64,000 nucleotides of DNA, from positions 395,498,001 to 395,562,000 of the forward strand of contig OZ024740.1 of assembly GCA_964016885.1 (NCBI GenBank), read 5' to 3'. Positions 26,201 through 41,200 of the stretch are shown in pieces (the first letter of the stretch is position 1; each line of letters begins with the position of its first letter). Source of the stretch: Eledone cirrhosa (lineage: Eukaryota). The notes under the pieces are model-generated. The model saw only the letters and a list, made by a program, of their open reading frames with translations. It ran no database searches and was not told the origin of the DNA. A program made the position numbers and the translations under genes.

Positions 26201-29200
26201 GTGTTATACAACAACTGTCTGTACACTACTGGGCTAACGTGGTGTTATCCAACAACTGTCTGTACACCACTGGGCTAACCTGGTGTTATACAACAACTGG
26301 CTGTACACCACTGGGCTAACCTGGTGCTATACAACAACTGTCTGTTCACCACTGGGCTAACCTGGTGTTATACAACAACTGTCTGTACACCACTGGGCTA
26401 ACCTGGTGCTATACAACAACTGTCTGTACACCACTAGGCTAACCTGGTGTTATACAACAACTGTCTGTACACCACTGGGATAACCTGGTGCTATACAACA
26501 ACTGTCTGTACACCACTGGGCTAACATGGAGTTATACAACAAGTGTCTGTAAACCACTGGGCTAACCTGATGTTATACAACAACTGTCTGTACACCACTG
26601 GGCTAACCTGGTGTTATACAGCAACTGTCTGTACACCACTGGGCTAACCTGGTGTTATACAGCAACTGTCTGTACACCACTGGGCTAACCTAGTGCTATA
26701 CAACAACTGTCTGTACACCACTGGGCTAACCTGGTGCTATACAACAACTGTCTTTACACCACTGGGCTAACCTGGTGTTATACAACAACTTTCTGTACAC
26801 CACTGGGCTAACCTGGTGTTATACAACAACTGTCTGTACACCACTGGGCTAACCTGGTGTTATACAACAACTGTCTGTACACCACTGGGCTAACCTGGTG
26901 TTATACAACAACTGTCTGTACACCAATGGGCTAACCTGTTGCTATACAACAACTGTCTGTACACCACTGGGCTAACCTGGTGCTATACAACAACTGTCTG
27001 TACACCACTGGGCTAACTTGGTGTTATACAACAACTGTCTGTACACCACTGGGCTAACCTGGTGTTATACAACAACTGTCTGTACACCACTGGGCTAACC
27101 TGGTGCTATACAACAACTGTCTGTATACCACTGGGATAACCTGGTGTTATACAACAACTGTCTGTACACCACTGGGCTAACCTGGTGCTATGCATTAACT
27201 GTCTGTACACCACTGGACTAACCTGATGTTAGACAACAACTGTCTGTACACCACTGGGCTAACCTGGTACTATACGACGACTGTTTGTACACCACTGGGC
27301 TAACCTGGTATTATACAACAACTGTCTGTACACGACTGGGCTAACCTGGTGTTATACAACAACTGTCTGTACACCACTGGGATAACTTGGTGTTATACAA
27401 CAACTGTCTGTATACCACTGGGCTAACCTGGTGTTATACAACAACTCTCTGTACACCACTGGGCTAACCTGGTGTTATACAACAACTGTCTGTACACCAC
27501 TGGGCTAACCTGGTGCTATACAACAACTGTCAGTACACCACTGGTCTAACCTGGTGTTATACAACAACTCTCTGTACACCACTGGGCTAACCTGGTGTTA
27601 TACAACAACTGTCTGTACACAACTGGGCTAACCTGGTATTATACAACAACTCTCTGTACACCACTGGGCTAACCTGGTGTTATACAACAACTCTCTGTAC
27701 ACCACTGGGCTAACCTGGTGTTATACAACAACTGTCTGTACACCACTGGGCTAACCTGGTGCTATACAACAACTGTCTGTACACCACTGTGCTAACCTGG
27801 TGTTATACAACAACTGTCTGTACACCACTGGGCTAATCTGATGGGATACCTCAACTGTCTGTACACCACTGGGCTAACCTGATGTTATACAACAACTGTC
27901 TGTACACCACTGGGCTAACCTGGTGTTATACAACAACTGTCTGTACACCACTGGGCTAACCTGGTGCTATACAACAACTGTCTATACACCACTGGGATAA
28001 CCTGGTGTTATAAAACAACTGTCTGTACAGCACTGGGCTAACCTGGTGTTATACAACAACTGTCTGTACACCACTGGGCTAACCTGATGTTATACAACAA
28101 CTGTCTGTACACCACTGGGCTAACCTGATGTTATACAACAACTGTCTGTACACCACTGGGCTAACCTGGTGTTATACAACAACTGTCTGTACACCACTGG
28201 GCTAACCTGGTGTTATATAACAACTGTCTGTACACCACTGGGCTAACCTGGTGTTATACAACAACTGTCTGTACACCACTGGGCTAACCTGGTGTTATAC
28301 AACAACTGTATGTACACCACTGGGCTAACCTGATGTTATACAACAACTGTCTGTACACCACTGGGCTAACCTGGTGTTATACAACAACTGTCTGTACACC
28401 ACTGGGCTAACCTGATGTTATACAACAACTGTCTGTACACCACTGGGCTAACCTGGTGTTATACAACAACTGTCTGTACACCACTTGGCTAACGTGGTGT
28501 TATACAACAACTGTCTGTACACCACTGGGCTAACCTGGTGTTATACAACAACTGTCTATACACCGCTGGGCTAACCTGGTGCTATACAACAACAATCTGT
28601 ACACCACTGGGCTAACCTGGTGCTATACAACAACTGTCTGTACACCACTGGGCTAACCTGGTGCTATACAACAGCTGTCTGTACACCACTGGGCTAACCT
28701 GGTGTTATACAACAACTCTCTGTACACCACTGGGCTAAGCTGGTGTTATACAACAACTGTCTCTACACCACTGGGCTAACCTAGTGATATACAACAACTG
28801 TCTGTAGACCACTGGGCTAACCTGGTGTTATACAACAACTGTCTTTACACCACTGGGCTAACCTGGTGTTATACAACAACTGTCTGTACACCACAGGGCT
28901 AACCTGGTACTATACAACAACTGTCTCTACACCACTGGGCTAACCTGGTATTATACAACAACTGTCTGAACACCACTGGGCTAACCTGGTGCTATACAAC
29001 AACTGTCTGTACACCACTGGGCTAACCTGGTGTTATACAACAACTATCTATACACCACTGAGCTAACCTGGGTGTTATACAACAACTGTCTATGCACCAC
29101 TGGGCTAACCTGGTGTTATACAACAACTGTCTGTACACCACTGGGCTAACCTGGTGCTATACAACAACTGTCTGTACACCACTGGGCTAACCTGGTGCTA

Positions 29201-32200
29201 TACAACAACTGTCTGTACACCACTGGGCTAACCTGGTGCTATACAACAACTCTCTGTACACCACTGGGCTTACCTGGTGCTATACAACAACTGTCTCTAC
29301 ACCACTGGGCTAACCTGGTGTTATACAACAACTGTCTGTACACCACTGGGCTAACCTGGTATTATACAACAACTATCTATACACCACTGGATTAACCTGG
29401 TGTTATACAACAACTGTCTGTACACCACTGGGCTAACATGGTGCTATACAACAACTGTCTGTACACCACTGGGCTAACCTGGTGTTATACAACAACAGTC
29501 TGTACACCACTGGGCTAACTTTATGGGATACCTCAACTCTCTGTACACCACTGGGCTAACCTGATGTTATACAACAACTGTCTGTACACCACTGGGCTAA
29601 CCTGGTGCTATACAACAACTGTCTGTACACCACTGGGCTAACCTGGTGTTATACAACAACTGTCTGTACACCACTGGGCTAGCCTGGTGTTATACAACAA
29701 CTGTCTGTACACCACTGGTCTAACCTGGTGTTATACAACAACTGTCTGTACACCACTGGGCTAACTTAGTGCTATACAACAACTGTCTGTACACCACTGG
29801 GCTAATCTGATGGGATACCTCAACTGTCTGTACACCACTGGGCTAACCTGATGTTATACAACAACTGTCTGTACACCACTGGGCTAACCTGGTGTTATAC
29901 AACAACTGTCTGTACACCACTGGGCTAACCTGGTGCTATACAACAACTGTCTATACACCACTGGGATAACCTGGTGTTATAAAACAACTGTCTGTACAGC
30001 ACTGAGCTAACCTGGTGTTATACAACAACTGTCTGTACACCACTGGGCTAACCTGATGTTATACAACAACTGTCTGTACACCACTGGGCTACCTGATGTT
30101 ATACAACAACTGTCTGTACACCACTGGGCTAACCTGGTGTTATACAACAACTGTCTGTACACCACTGGGCTAACCTGGTGTTATACAACAACTGTCTGTA
30201 CACCACTGGGCTAACCTGGTGCTATACAACAACTGTCTGTACACCACTGGGCTAACCTGGTGTTATACAACAACTGTATGTACACCACTGGGCTAACCTG
30301 ATGTTATACAACAACTGTCTGTACACCACTGGGCTAACCTGGTGTTATACAACAACTGTCTGTACACCACTGGGCTAACCTGATGTTATACAACAACTGT
30401 CTGTACACCACTGGGCTAACCTGGTGTTATACAACAACTGTCTGTACACCACTGGGCTAACCTGATGTTAAACAACAACTGTCTGTGCACCACTGGGCTA
30501 ACCTGATGTTATACAACAACTGTCTCTACACCACTGGGCTAACCTAGTGCTATACAACAACTGTCTGTAGACCACTGGGCTAACCTGGTGTTATACAACA
30601 ACTGTCTTTACACCACTGGGCTAACCTGGTGTTATACAACAACTGTCTGTACACCACAGGGCTAACCTGGTACTATACAACAACTGTCTCTACACCACTG
30701 GGCTAACCTGGTATTATACAACAACTGTCTGAACACCACTGGGCTAACCTGGTGCTATACAACAACTGTCTATACACCACTGGGCTAACCTGGTGTTATA
30801 CAACAACTATCTATACACCACTGAGCTAACCTGGGTGTTATACAACAACTGTCTATGCACCACTGGGCTAACCTGGTGTTATACAACAACTGTCTGTACA
30901 CCACTGGGCTAACCTGGTGCTATACAACAACTGTCTGTACACCACTGGACCTAACCTGGTGCTATACAACAACTGTCTGTACACCACTGGACTAACCTGG
31001 TGCTATACAACAACTCTCTGTACACCACTGGGCTAACCTGGTGCTATACAACAACTGTCTCTACACCACTGGGCTAACCTGGTGTTATACAACAACTGTC
31101 TGTACACCACTGGGCTAACCTGGTATTATACAACAACTATCTATACACCACTGGACCTAACCTGGTGCTATACAACAACTGTCTGTACACCACTGGACTA
31201 ACCTGGTGCTATACAACAACTCTCTGTACACCACTGGGCTAACCTGGTGCTATACAACAACTGTCTGTACACCACTGGGCTAACCTGGTGTTATACAACA
31301 ACAGTCTGTACACCACTGGGCTAACTTTATGGGATACCTCAACTGTCTGTACACCACTGGGCTAACCTGATGTTATACAACAACTGTCTGTACACCACTG
31401 GGCTAACCTGGTGCTATACAACAACTGTCTGTACACCACTGGGCTAACCTGGTGTTATACAACAACTGTCTGTACACCACTGGGCTAGCCTGGTGTTATA
31501 CAACAACTGTCTGTACACCACTGGTCTAACCTGGTGTTATACAACAACTCTCTGTACACCACTGGGCTAACGTGGTGCTATACAACAACTCTCTGTACAC
31601 CACTGGGCTAACCTGGTGTTATACAACAACTATCTGTACCCCACTGGGCTAACCTGGTGCTATACAACAACTATCTGTACACCACTGGGCTAACCTGGTG
31701 CTATACAACAACTGTCTGTACACCACTGGGCTAACCTGGTGTTATACAACAACTATCTGTACACCACTGGGCTAACCTGGTGCTATACAACAACTGTCTG
31801 TACACCACTGGGCTAACCTAGTGCTATACAACAACTGTCTGTACACCACTGGGCTAACCTGGTGTTATACAACAACTGTCTGTACAACACTGGGCTAACT
31901 TAGTGCTATACAACAACTGTCTGTACACCACTAGGCTAACCTAGTGCTATACAACAACTGTCTGTACACCACTGGGCTAACCTGGTGTTATACAACAACT
32001 GTCTGTACACCACTGGGCTAACCTAGTGCTATACAACAACTGTCTGTACACCACTGGGCTAACCTAGTGCTATACAAGAACTGTCTCTAAACCACTGGGC
32101 TAACCTGGTGTTATACAACAACTGTCTGTACACCACTGGGCTAACTAGGTGTTATACAAGAACTGTCTGTACACCACTGGGCTAACCTGGTGCTATACAA

Positions 32201-35200
32201 CAACTGTCTTTACACCACTGGGCTAACCTGGTATTATACAACAACTGTCTGTACACCACTGGGCTAACCTGGTGCTATACAACAACTGTCTGTACACCAC
32301 TGGGCTAACCTGTTGTTATACAACAACTGTCTGTACACCACTGGGCTAACCTGGTGTTATACAACAACTGTCTGTACACCACTGGGCTAACCTGGTGTTA
32401 TACAACAACTGTCTCTTCACCACTGGGCTAACCTGGTGATATACAACAACTGTCTCTACACCACTGGGGTAACCTGGTGTTATACAACAACTGTCTCTAC
32501 ACCACTGGGCTAACCTGGTGCTATACAACATCTGTCTGTACACCACTGGGCTAACCTGGTGCTATACAACAACTGTCTGTACACCACTTGGCTAACCTGG
32601 TATTATACAACAACTATCTGTACACCACTGGGCTAACTTGGTGCTATAAAACAACTGTCTGTAAACCACTGGGGTAACCTGATGTTATACAACAACTGTC
32701 TGTACACCACTGGGCTAACCTGGTGCTATACAACAACTGTCTGTACACCACTGGGCTAACCTGGTGTTATACAACAACTGTCTGTACAACACTGGGCTAA
32801 CCTGGTGTTATACAGCAACTGTCTGTACACCACTGGGCTAACCTGGTGTTATACAGCAACTGTCTGTACACCACTGGGCTAACCTGGTCCTATACAACAA
32901 CTGTCTGTACACCACTGGGCTAACCTGGTGTTATACAACAACTGTCTGTACAACACTGGGCTAACCTGGTGTTTTACAGCAACTGTCTGTACACCACTGG
33001 GCTAACCTGGTGTTATACAACAACTGTCTGTACACCACTGGGCTAACCTGGTGTTATACAACAACTGTCTGTACACCACTGGGCTAACCTGGTGCTATAC
33101 AACAACTGTCTGTACACCACGTGGCTAACCTGGTGTTATACAACAACTGTCTGTACACCACTGGGCTAACCTGGTGTTATACAACAACTGTCTGTACACC
33201 ACTGGGCTAACCTGGTGCTATACAACAACTGTCTGTACACCACTGGGCTAACCTGGTGCTATACAATAACTGTCTGTACACCACTGGGCTAACCTGGTGT
33301 TAACAACAACTGTCTGTACACCACTGGGCTAACCTGGTGCTATACGACGACTGTCTGTACACCACTGGGCTAACCTGGTATTATACAACTGTCTGTACAC
33401 CACTGGGCTAACCTGGTGTTATACAACAACTGTCTATACACCACTGGGCTAACTTGGTGTTATACAACAACTGTCTGTACACCACTGGGCTAACCTGGTG
33501 TTATACAACAACTCTCTGTACACCACTGGGCTAACCTGGTGTTATACAACAACTGTCTGTACACCACTGGGCTAACCTGGTGCTATACAACAACTGTCTG
33601 TACACCACTGGGCTAACCTGGTGCTATACAACAACTATCTGTACAACACTGGGCTAACCTGGTGTTATACAACAACTGTCTGTACACCACTGGGCTAACC
33701 TGGTGTTATACAACAACTGTCTGTACACCACTGGGCTAACCTGGTGCTATACAACAACTGTCTGTACACCACTGGGATAACCTGGTATTATACAACAACT
33801 GTCTGTACACCAATGGGCTAACCTGGTGCTATACAACAACTGTCTGTACACCATTGGGATAACCTGGTATTATACAACAACTGTCTGTACACCACTGGGC
33901 TAACCTGGTGCTATACAACAACTGTCTGTACACCATTGGGATAACCTGGTATTATACAACAACTGTCTGTACACCAATGGGCTAACCTGGTGTTATACAA
34001 CAACTATCTATACACCACTGGGCTAACCTGGTGTTATACAACTGTCTGTACACCACTGGGCTAACCTGGTGCTATACAACAACTGTCTGTACACCACTGG
34101 GCTAACCTGGTGCTATACAACAACTGTCTTTACACCACTGGGCTAACCTGGTGTTATACAACAACTGTGTCTACACCACTGGGCTAACCTGGTGTTATAC
34201 AACAACTGTCTGTACACCACTGGGCTAACCTGATGTTATACAACAACTGTCTGTACACCACTGGGCTAACCTGGTGTTATACAACAACTGTCTGTACACC
34301 ACTGGGCTAACCTGGTGCTATACAACAACCGTCTGTACACCACTGGGCTAACCTGGTGCTATACAACAACTGTCTGTACACCACTGGGCTAACTTGGTAT
34401 TATACAACAACTGTCTGTACACCACTGGGCTAACCTGGTGTTATACAACAACTATCTATACACCACAGAACTAACCTGGTGTTATACAACAACTGTCTAT
34501 ACACCACTGGGCTATCCTGGTGCTATACAACAACTGTCTGTACACCACTGGGCTAACCTAGTGCTATACAACAACTGTCTGTACACCACTGGGCTATCCT
34601 GGTGCTATACAACAACTGTCTGTACACCACTGGGCTAACCTAGTGCTATACAACAACTGTCTGTACACCACTGGGCTATCCTGGTGCTATACAACAACTG
34701 TCTGTACACCACTGGGCTAACCTGGTGTTATACAACAACTATCTATACACCACTGGGCTAACCTGGTGTTATACAACAACTGTCTGTACACCACTGGGCT
34801 AACCTGGTGTTATACAACAACTGTCTGTACACCACTGGGCTAACCTGGTGTTATACAACAACTGTCTGTACACCACTGGGCTAACCTGGTGCTATACAAC
34901 AACTGTCTGTACACCACTGGGCTAACCTGGTGCTATACAGCAACTGTCTATACACCACTGGGCTAACCTGGTGCTATACAACAACTGTCTGTACAACACT
35001 GGGCTATCCTCGTGCTATACAACAACTGTCTTTACACCACTGGGCTAACATGGTGTTATACAACAACTGTCTCTACACCACTGGGCTAACCTGGTATTAT
35101 ACAACAACTATCTATACACCACTGGGTTAACCTGGTGTTATACAACAACTGTCTGTACACCACTGGGCTAACCTGGTGTTATACAACAACTGTCTGTACA

Positions 35201-38200
35201 CCACTGGGCTAACCTGGTGTTATACAACAACTATCTATACACCACTGAGCTAACCTGGTTGTTATACAACAACTGTCTATACACCACTGGGCTAACCTGG
35301 TGTTATACAACAACTGTCTGTACACCACTGGGGTAACCTGGTGCTATACAACAACTGTCTGTACACCACTGGGCTAACCTAGTGCTATACAACAACTGTC
35401 TGTACACCACTGGGCTAACCTGGTGTTATACAACAACTGTCTGTACACCACTGGGCTAACCTGGTGTTATACAACAACTGCCTGTACACCACTGGGCTAA
35501 CCTGGTGTTATACAAGAACTGTCTGTACACCACTGGGCTAACCTGGTGTTATACAACAACTGTCTGTACACCACTGGGCTAACCTAGTGTTATACAAGAA
35601 CTGTCTGTACACCACTGGGCTAACCTGGTGCTATACAACTGCCTTTACACCACTGGGCTAACCTGGTGTTATACAATAACTGTCTGTACACCACTGGGCT
35701 AACCTGGTGCTATACAACAACTCTCTGTACACCACTGGGCTAACCTGGTGTTATACAACAACTGTCTGTACACCACTGGGCTAACCTGGTGTTATACAAC
35801 AACTGTCTGTACACCACTGGGCTAACCTGGTGTTATACAACAACTGTCTGTACACCACTGGGCTAACTTGGTGTTATACAACAACTGTCTGTACACCACT
35901 GGGCTAATCTGGTGTTATACAACAACTGTCTGTACACCACTGGGCTAACCTGGTGCTATACAACAACTGTCTGTACACCACTGGGATAACCTGGTATTAT
36001 ACAAGAACTGTCTGTACACCAATGGGCTAACCTGGTGCTATACAATAACTGTCTGTACACCACTGGGCTAACCTGGTGTTATACAACAACTGTCTGTACA
36101 CCACTGGGCTAACCTGGTGCTATACGACGACTGTCTGTACACCACTGGGCTAACCTGGTATTATACAACTGTCTGTACACCACTGGGCTAACCTGGTGTT
36201 ATACAACAACTGTCTATACACCACTGGGCTAACTTGGTGTTATACAACAACTGTCTGTACACCACTGGGCTAACCTGGTGTTATACAACAACTCTCTGTA
36301 CACCACTGGGCTAACCTGGTGTTATACAACAACTGTCTGTACACCACTGGGCTAACCTGGTGCTATACAACAACTGTCTGTACACCACTGGGCTAACCTG
36401 GTGCTATACAACAACTATCTGTACAACACTGGGCTAACCTGGTGTTATACAACAACTGTCTGTACACCACTGGGCTAACCTGGTGTTATACAACAACTGT
36501 CTGTACACCACTGGGCTAACCTGGTGCTATACAACAACTGTCTGTACACCACTGGGATAACCTGGTATTATACAACAACTGTCTGTACACCAATGGGCTA
36601 ACCTGGTGCTATACAACAACTGTCTGTACACCATTGGGATAACCTGGTATTATACAACAACTGTCTGTACACCACTGGGCTAACCTGGTGCTATACAACA
36701 ACTGTCTGTACACCATTGGGATAACCTGGTATTATACAACAACTGTCTGTACACCAATGGGCTAACCTGGTGTTATACAACAACTATCTATACACCACTG
36801 GGCTAACCTGGTGTTATACAACTGTCTGTACACCACTGGGCTAACCTGGTGCTATACAACAACTGTCTGTACACCACTGGGCTAACCTGGTGCTATACAA
36901 CAACTGTCTTTACACCACTGGGCTAACCTGGTGTTATACAACAACTGTGTCTACACCACTGGGCTAACCTGGTGTTATACAACAACTGTCTGTACACCAC
37001 TGGGCTAACCTGATGTTATACAACAACTGTCTGTACACCACTGGGCTAACCTGGTGTTATACAACAACTGTCTGTACACCACTGGGCTAACCTGGTGCTA
37101 TACAACAACCGTCTGTACACCACTGGGCTAACCTGGTGCTATACAACAACTGTCTGTACACCACTGGGCTAACTTGGTATTATACAACAACTGTCTGTAC
37201 ACCACTGGGCTAACCTGGTGTTATACAACAACTATCTATACACCACAGAACTAACCTGGTGTTATACAACAACTGTCTATACACCACTGGGCTATCCTGG
37301 TGCTATACAACAACTGTCTGTACACCACTGGGCTAACCTAGTGCTATACAACAACTGTCTGTACACCACTGGGCTATCCTGGTGCTATACAACAACTGTC
37401 TGTACACCACTGGGCTAACCTAGTGCTATACAACAACTGTCTGTACACCACTGGGCTATCCTGGTGCTATACAACAACTGTCTGTACACCACTGCGCTAA
37501 CCTGGTGTTATACAACAACTATCTATACACCACTGGGCTAACCTGGTGTTATACAACAACTGTCTGTACACCACTGGGCTAACCTGGTGTTATACAACAA
37601 CTGTCTGTACACCACTGGGCTAACCTGGTGTTATACAACAACTGTCTGTACACCACTGGGCTAACCTGGTGCTATACAACAACTGTCTGTACACCACTGG
37701 GCTAACCTGGTGCTATACAGCAACTGTCTATACACCACTGGGCTAACCTGGTGCTATACAACAACTGTCTGTACAACACTGGGCTATCCTCGTGCTATAC
37801 AACAACTGTCTTTACACCACTGGGCTAACCTGGTGTTATACAACAACTGTCTCTACACCACTGGGCTAAGCTGGTATTATACAACAACTATCTATACACC
37901 ACTGGGTTAACCTGGTGTTATACAACAACTGTCTGTACACCACTGGGCTAACCTGGTGTTATACAACAACTGTCTGTACACCACTGGGCTAACCTGGTGT
38001 TATACAACAACTATCTATACACCACTGAGCTAACCTGGTTGTTATACAACAACTGTCTATACACCACTGGGCTAACCTGGTGTTATACAACAACTGTCTG
38101 TACACCACTGGGGTAACCTGGTGCTATACAACAACTGTCTGTACACCACTGGGCTAACCTAGTGCTATACAACAACTGTCTGTACACCACTGGGCTAACC

Positions 38201-41200
38201 TGGTGTTATACAACAACTGTCTGTACACCACTGGGCTAACCTGGTGTTATACAACAACTGCCTGTACACCACTGGGCTAACCTGGTGTTATACAAGAACT
38301 GTCTGTACACCACTGGGCTAACCTGGTGTTATACAACAACTGTCTGTACACCACTGGGCTAACCTAGTGTTATACAAGAACTGTCTGTACACCACTGGGC
38401 TAACCTGGTGCTATACAACTGCCTTTACACCACTGGGCTAACCTGGTGTTATACAATAACTGTCTGTACACCACTGGGCTAACCTGGTGCTATACAACAA
38501 CTCTCTGTACACCACTGGGCTAACCTGGTGTTATACAACAACTGTCTGTACACCACTGGGCTAACCTGGTGTTATACAACAACTGTCTGTACACCACTGG
38601 GCTAACCTGGTGTTATACAACAACTGTCTGTACACCACTGGGCTAACTTGGTGTTATACAACAACTGTCTGTACACCACTGGGCTAATCTGGTGTTATAC
38701 AACAACTGTCTGTACACCACTGGGCTAACCTGGTGCTATACAACAACTGTCTGTACACCACTGGGATAACCTGGTATTATACAAGAACTGTCTGTACACC
38801 AATGGGCTAACCTGGTGCTATACAACAACTCTCTGTACACCATTGGGATAACCTGGTATTATACAACAACTGTCTGTACACCAATGGGCTAACCTGGTGC
38901 TATACAACAACTGTCTGTACACCATTGGGATAACCTAGTATTATACAACAACTGTCTGTACACCACTGGGCTAACCTGTTGCTATTCAACAACTGTCTGT
39001 ACACCATTGGGATAACCTGGTATTATACAACAACTGTCTGTACACCAATGGGCTAACCTGGTGTTATACAACAACTATCTATACACCACTGGGCTAACCT
39101 GGTGTTATACAACTGTCTGTACACCACTGGGCTAACCTGGTGCTATACAACAACTGTCTGTACACCACTGGGCTAACCTGGTGCTATACAACAACTGTCT
39201 TTACACCACTGGGCTAACCTGGTGTTATACAACAACTGTGTCTACACCACTGGGCTAACCTGGTGTTATACAACAACTGTCTGTACACCACTGGGCTAAC
39301 CTGATGTTATACAACAACTGTCTGTACACCACTTGGCTAACCTGGTGTTATACAACAACTGTCTGTACACCACTGGGCTAACCTGGTGCTATACAACAAC
39401 CGTCTGTACACCACTGGGCTATCCTGGTGCTATACAACAACTGTCTGTACACCACTGGGCTAACCTAGTGCTATACAACAACTGTCTGTACACCACTGGG
39501 CTATCCTGGTGCTATACAACAACTGTCTGTACACCACTGGGCTAACCTGGTGTTATACAACAACTATCTATACACCACTGGGCTAACCTGGTGTTATACA
39601 ACAACTGTCTGTACACCACTGGGCTAACCTGGTGCTATACAACAACTGTCTGTACACCACTTGGCTAACCTGGTGTTATACAACAACTGTCTTTACACCA
39701 CTGGGCTAACCTGGTGTTATACAACAACTGTCTGTACACCACTGGGCTAACCTGATGTTATACAACAACTGTCTGTACACCACTTGGCTAACCTGGTGTT
39801 ATACAACAACTGTCTGTACACCACTGGGCTAACCTGGTGTTATACAACTGTCTGTACACCACTGGGCTAACCTGGTGCTATACAACAACTGTCTGTACAC
39901 CACTGGGCTAACCTGGTGCTATACAGCAACTGTCTATACACCACTGGGCTAACCTGGTGCTATACAACAACTGTCTGTACACCACCTTGCTATCCTGGTG
40001 CTATACAACAACTGTCTTTACACCACTGGGCTAACCTGGTGTTATACAACAACTGTCTGTACACCACTGGGCTAACCTGGTATTATACAACAACTATCTA
40101 TACACCACTGGGTTAACCTGGTGTTATACAACAACTGTCTGTACACCACTGGGCTAACCTGGTGTTATACAACAACTGTCTGTACACCACTGGGCTAACC
40201 TGGTGTTATACAACAACTATCTATACACCACTGAGCTAACCTGGTTGTTATACAACAACTGCCTGTACACCACTGGGCTAACCTGGTGTTATACAACAAC
40301 TGTCTGTACACCACTGGGCTAACCTGGTTTTATACAACAACTGTCTGTACACCACTGGGCTAACCTAGTGTTATACAAGAACTGTCTGTACACCACTGGG
40401 CTAACCTGGTGCTATACAGCTGCCTTTACACCACTGGGCTAACCTGGTGTTATACAATAACTGACTGTACACCACTGGGCTAACCTGGTGCTATACAACA
40501 ACTCTCTGTACACCACTGGGCTAACCTGGTGTTATACAACAACTGTCTGTACACCACTGGGCTAACCTGGTGTTATACAACAACTGTCTGTACACCACTG
40601 GGCTAACCTGGTGTTATACAACAACTGTCTGTACACCACTGAGCTAACTTGGTGTTATACAACAACTGTCTGTACACCACTGGGCTAACCTGGTGTTATA
40701 CAACAACTGTCTGTACACCACTGGGCTAACCTGGTGTTATACAACAACTCTCTGTACACCACTGGGCTAACCTGGTGTTATACAACAACTGTCTGTACAC
40801 CACTGGGCTAACCTGGTGTTATACAACAACTTTCTTTACACCACTGGGCTAACCTGGTGTTGTACATCAACTGTCTGTACACCACTGGGCTAACCTGGTG
40901 CTATACAACAACTGTCTGTACACCACTGGGCTAACCTGGTATTATACAACAACTGTCTGTACACCACTGAGCTAACCTGGTGTTATACAACAACTGTCTA
41001 TACACCACTGGGCTATCCTGGTGCTATACAACAACTGTCTGTACACCACTGGGCTAACCTAGTGCTATACAACAACTGTCTGTACACCACTGGGCTATCC
41101 TGGTGCTATACAACAACTGTCTGTACACCACTGGGCTAACCTAGTGCTATACAACAGCTGTCTGTACACCACTGGGCTATCCTGGTGCTATACAACAACT

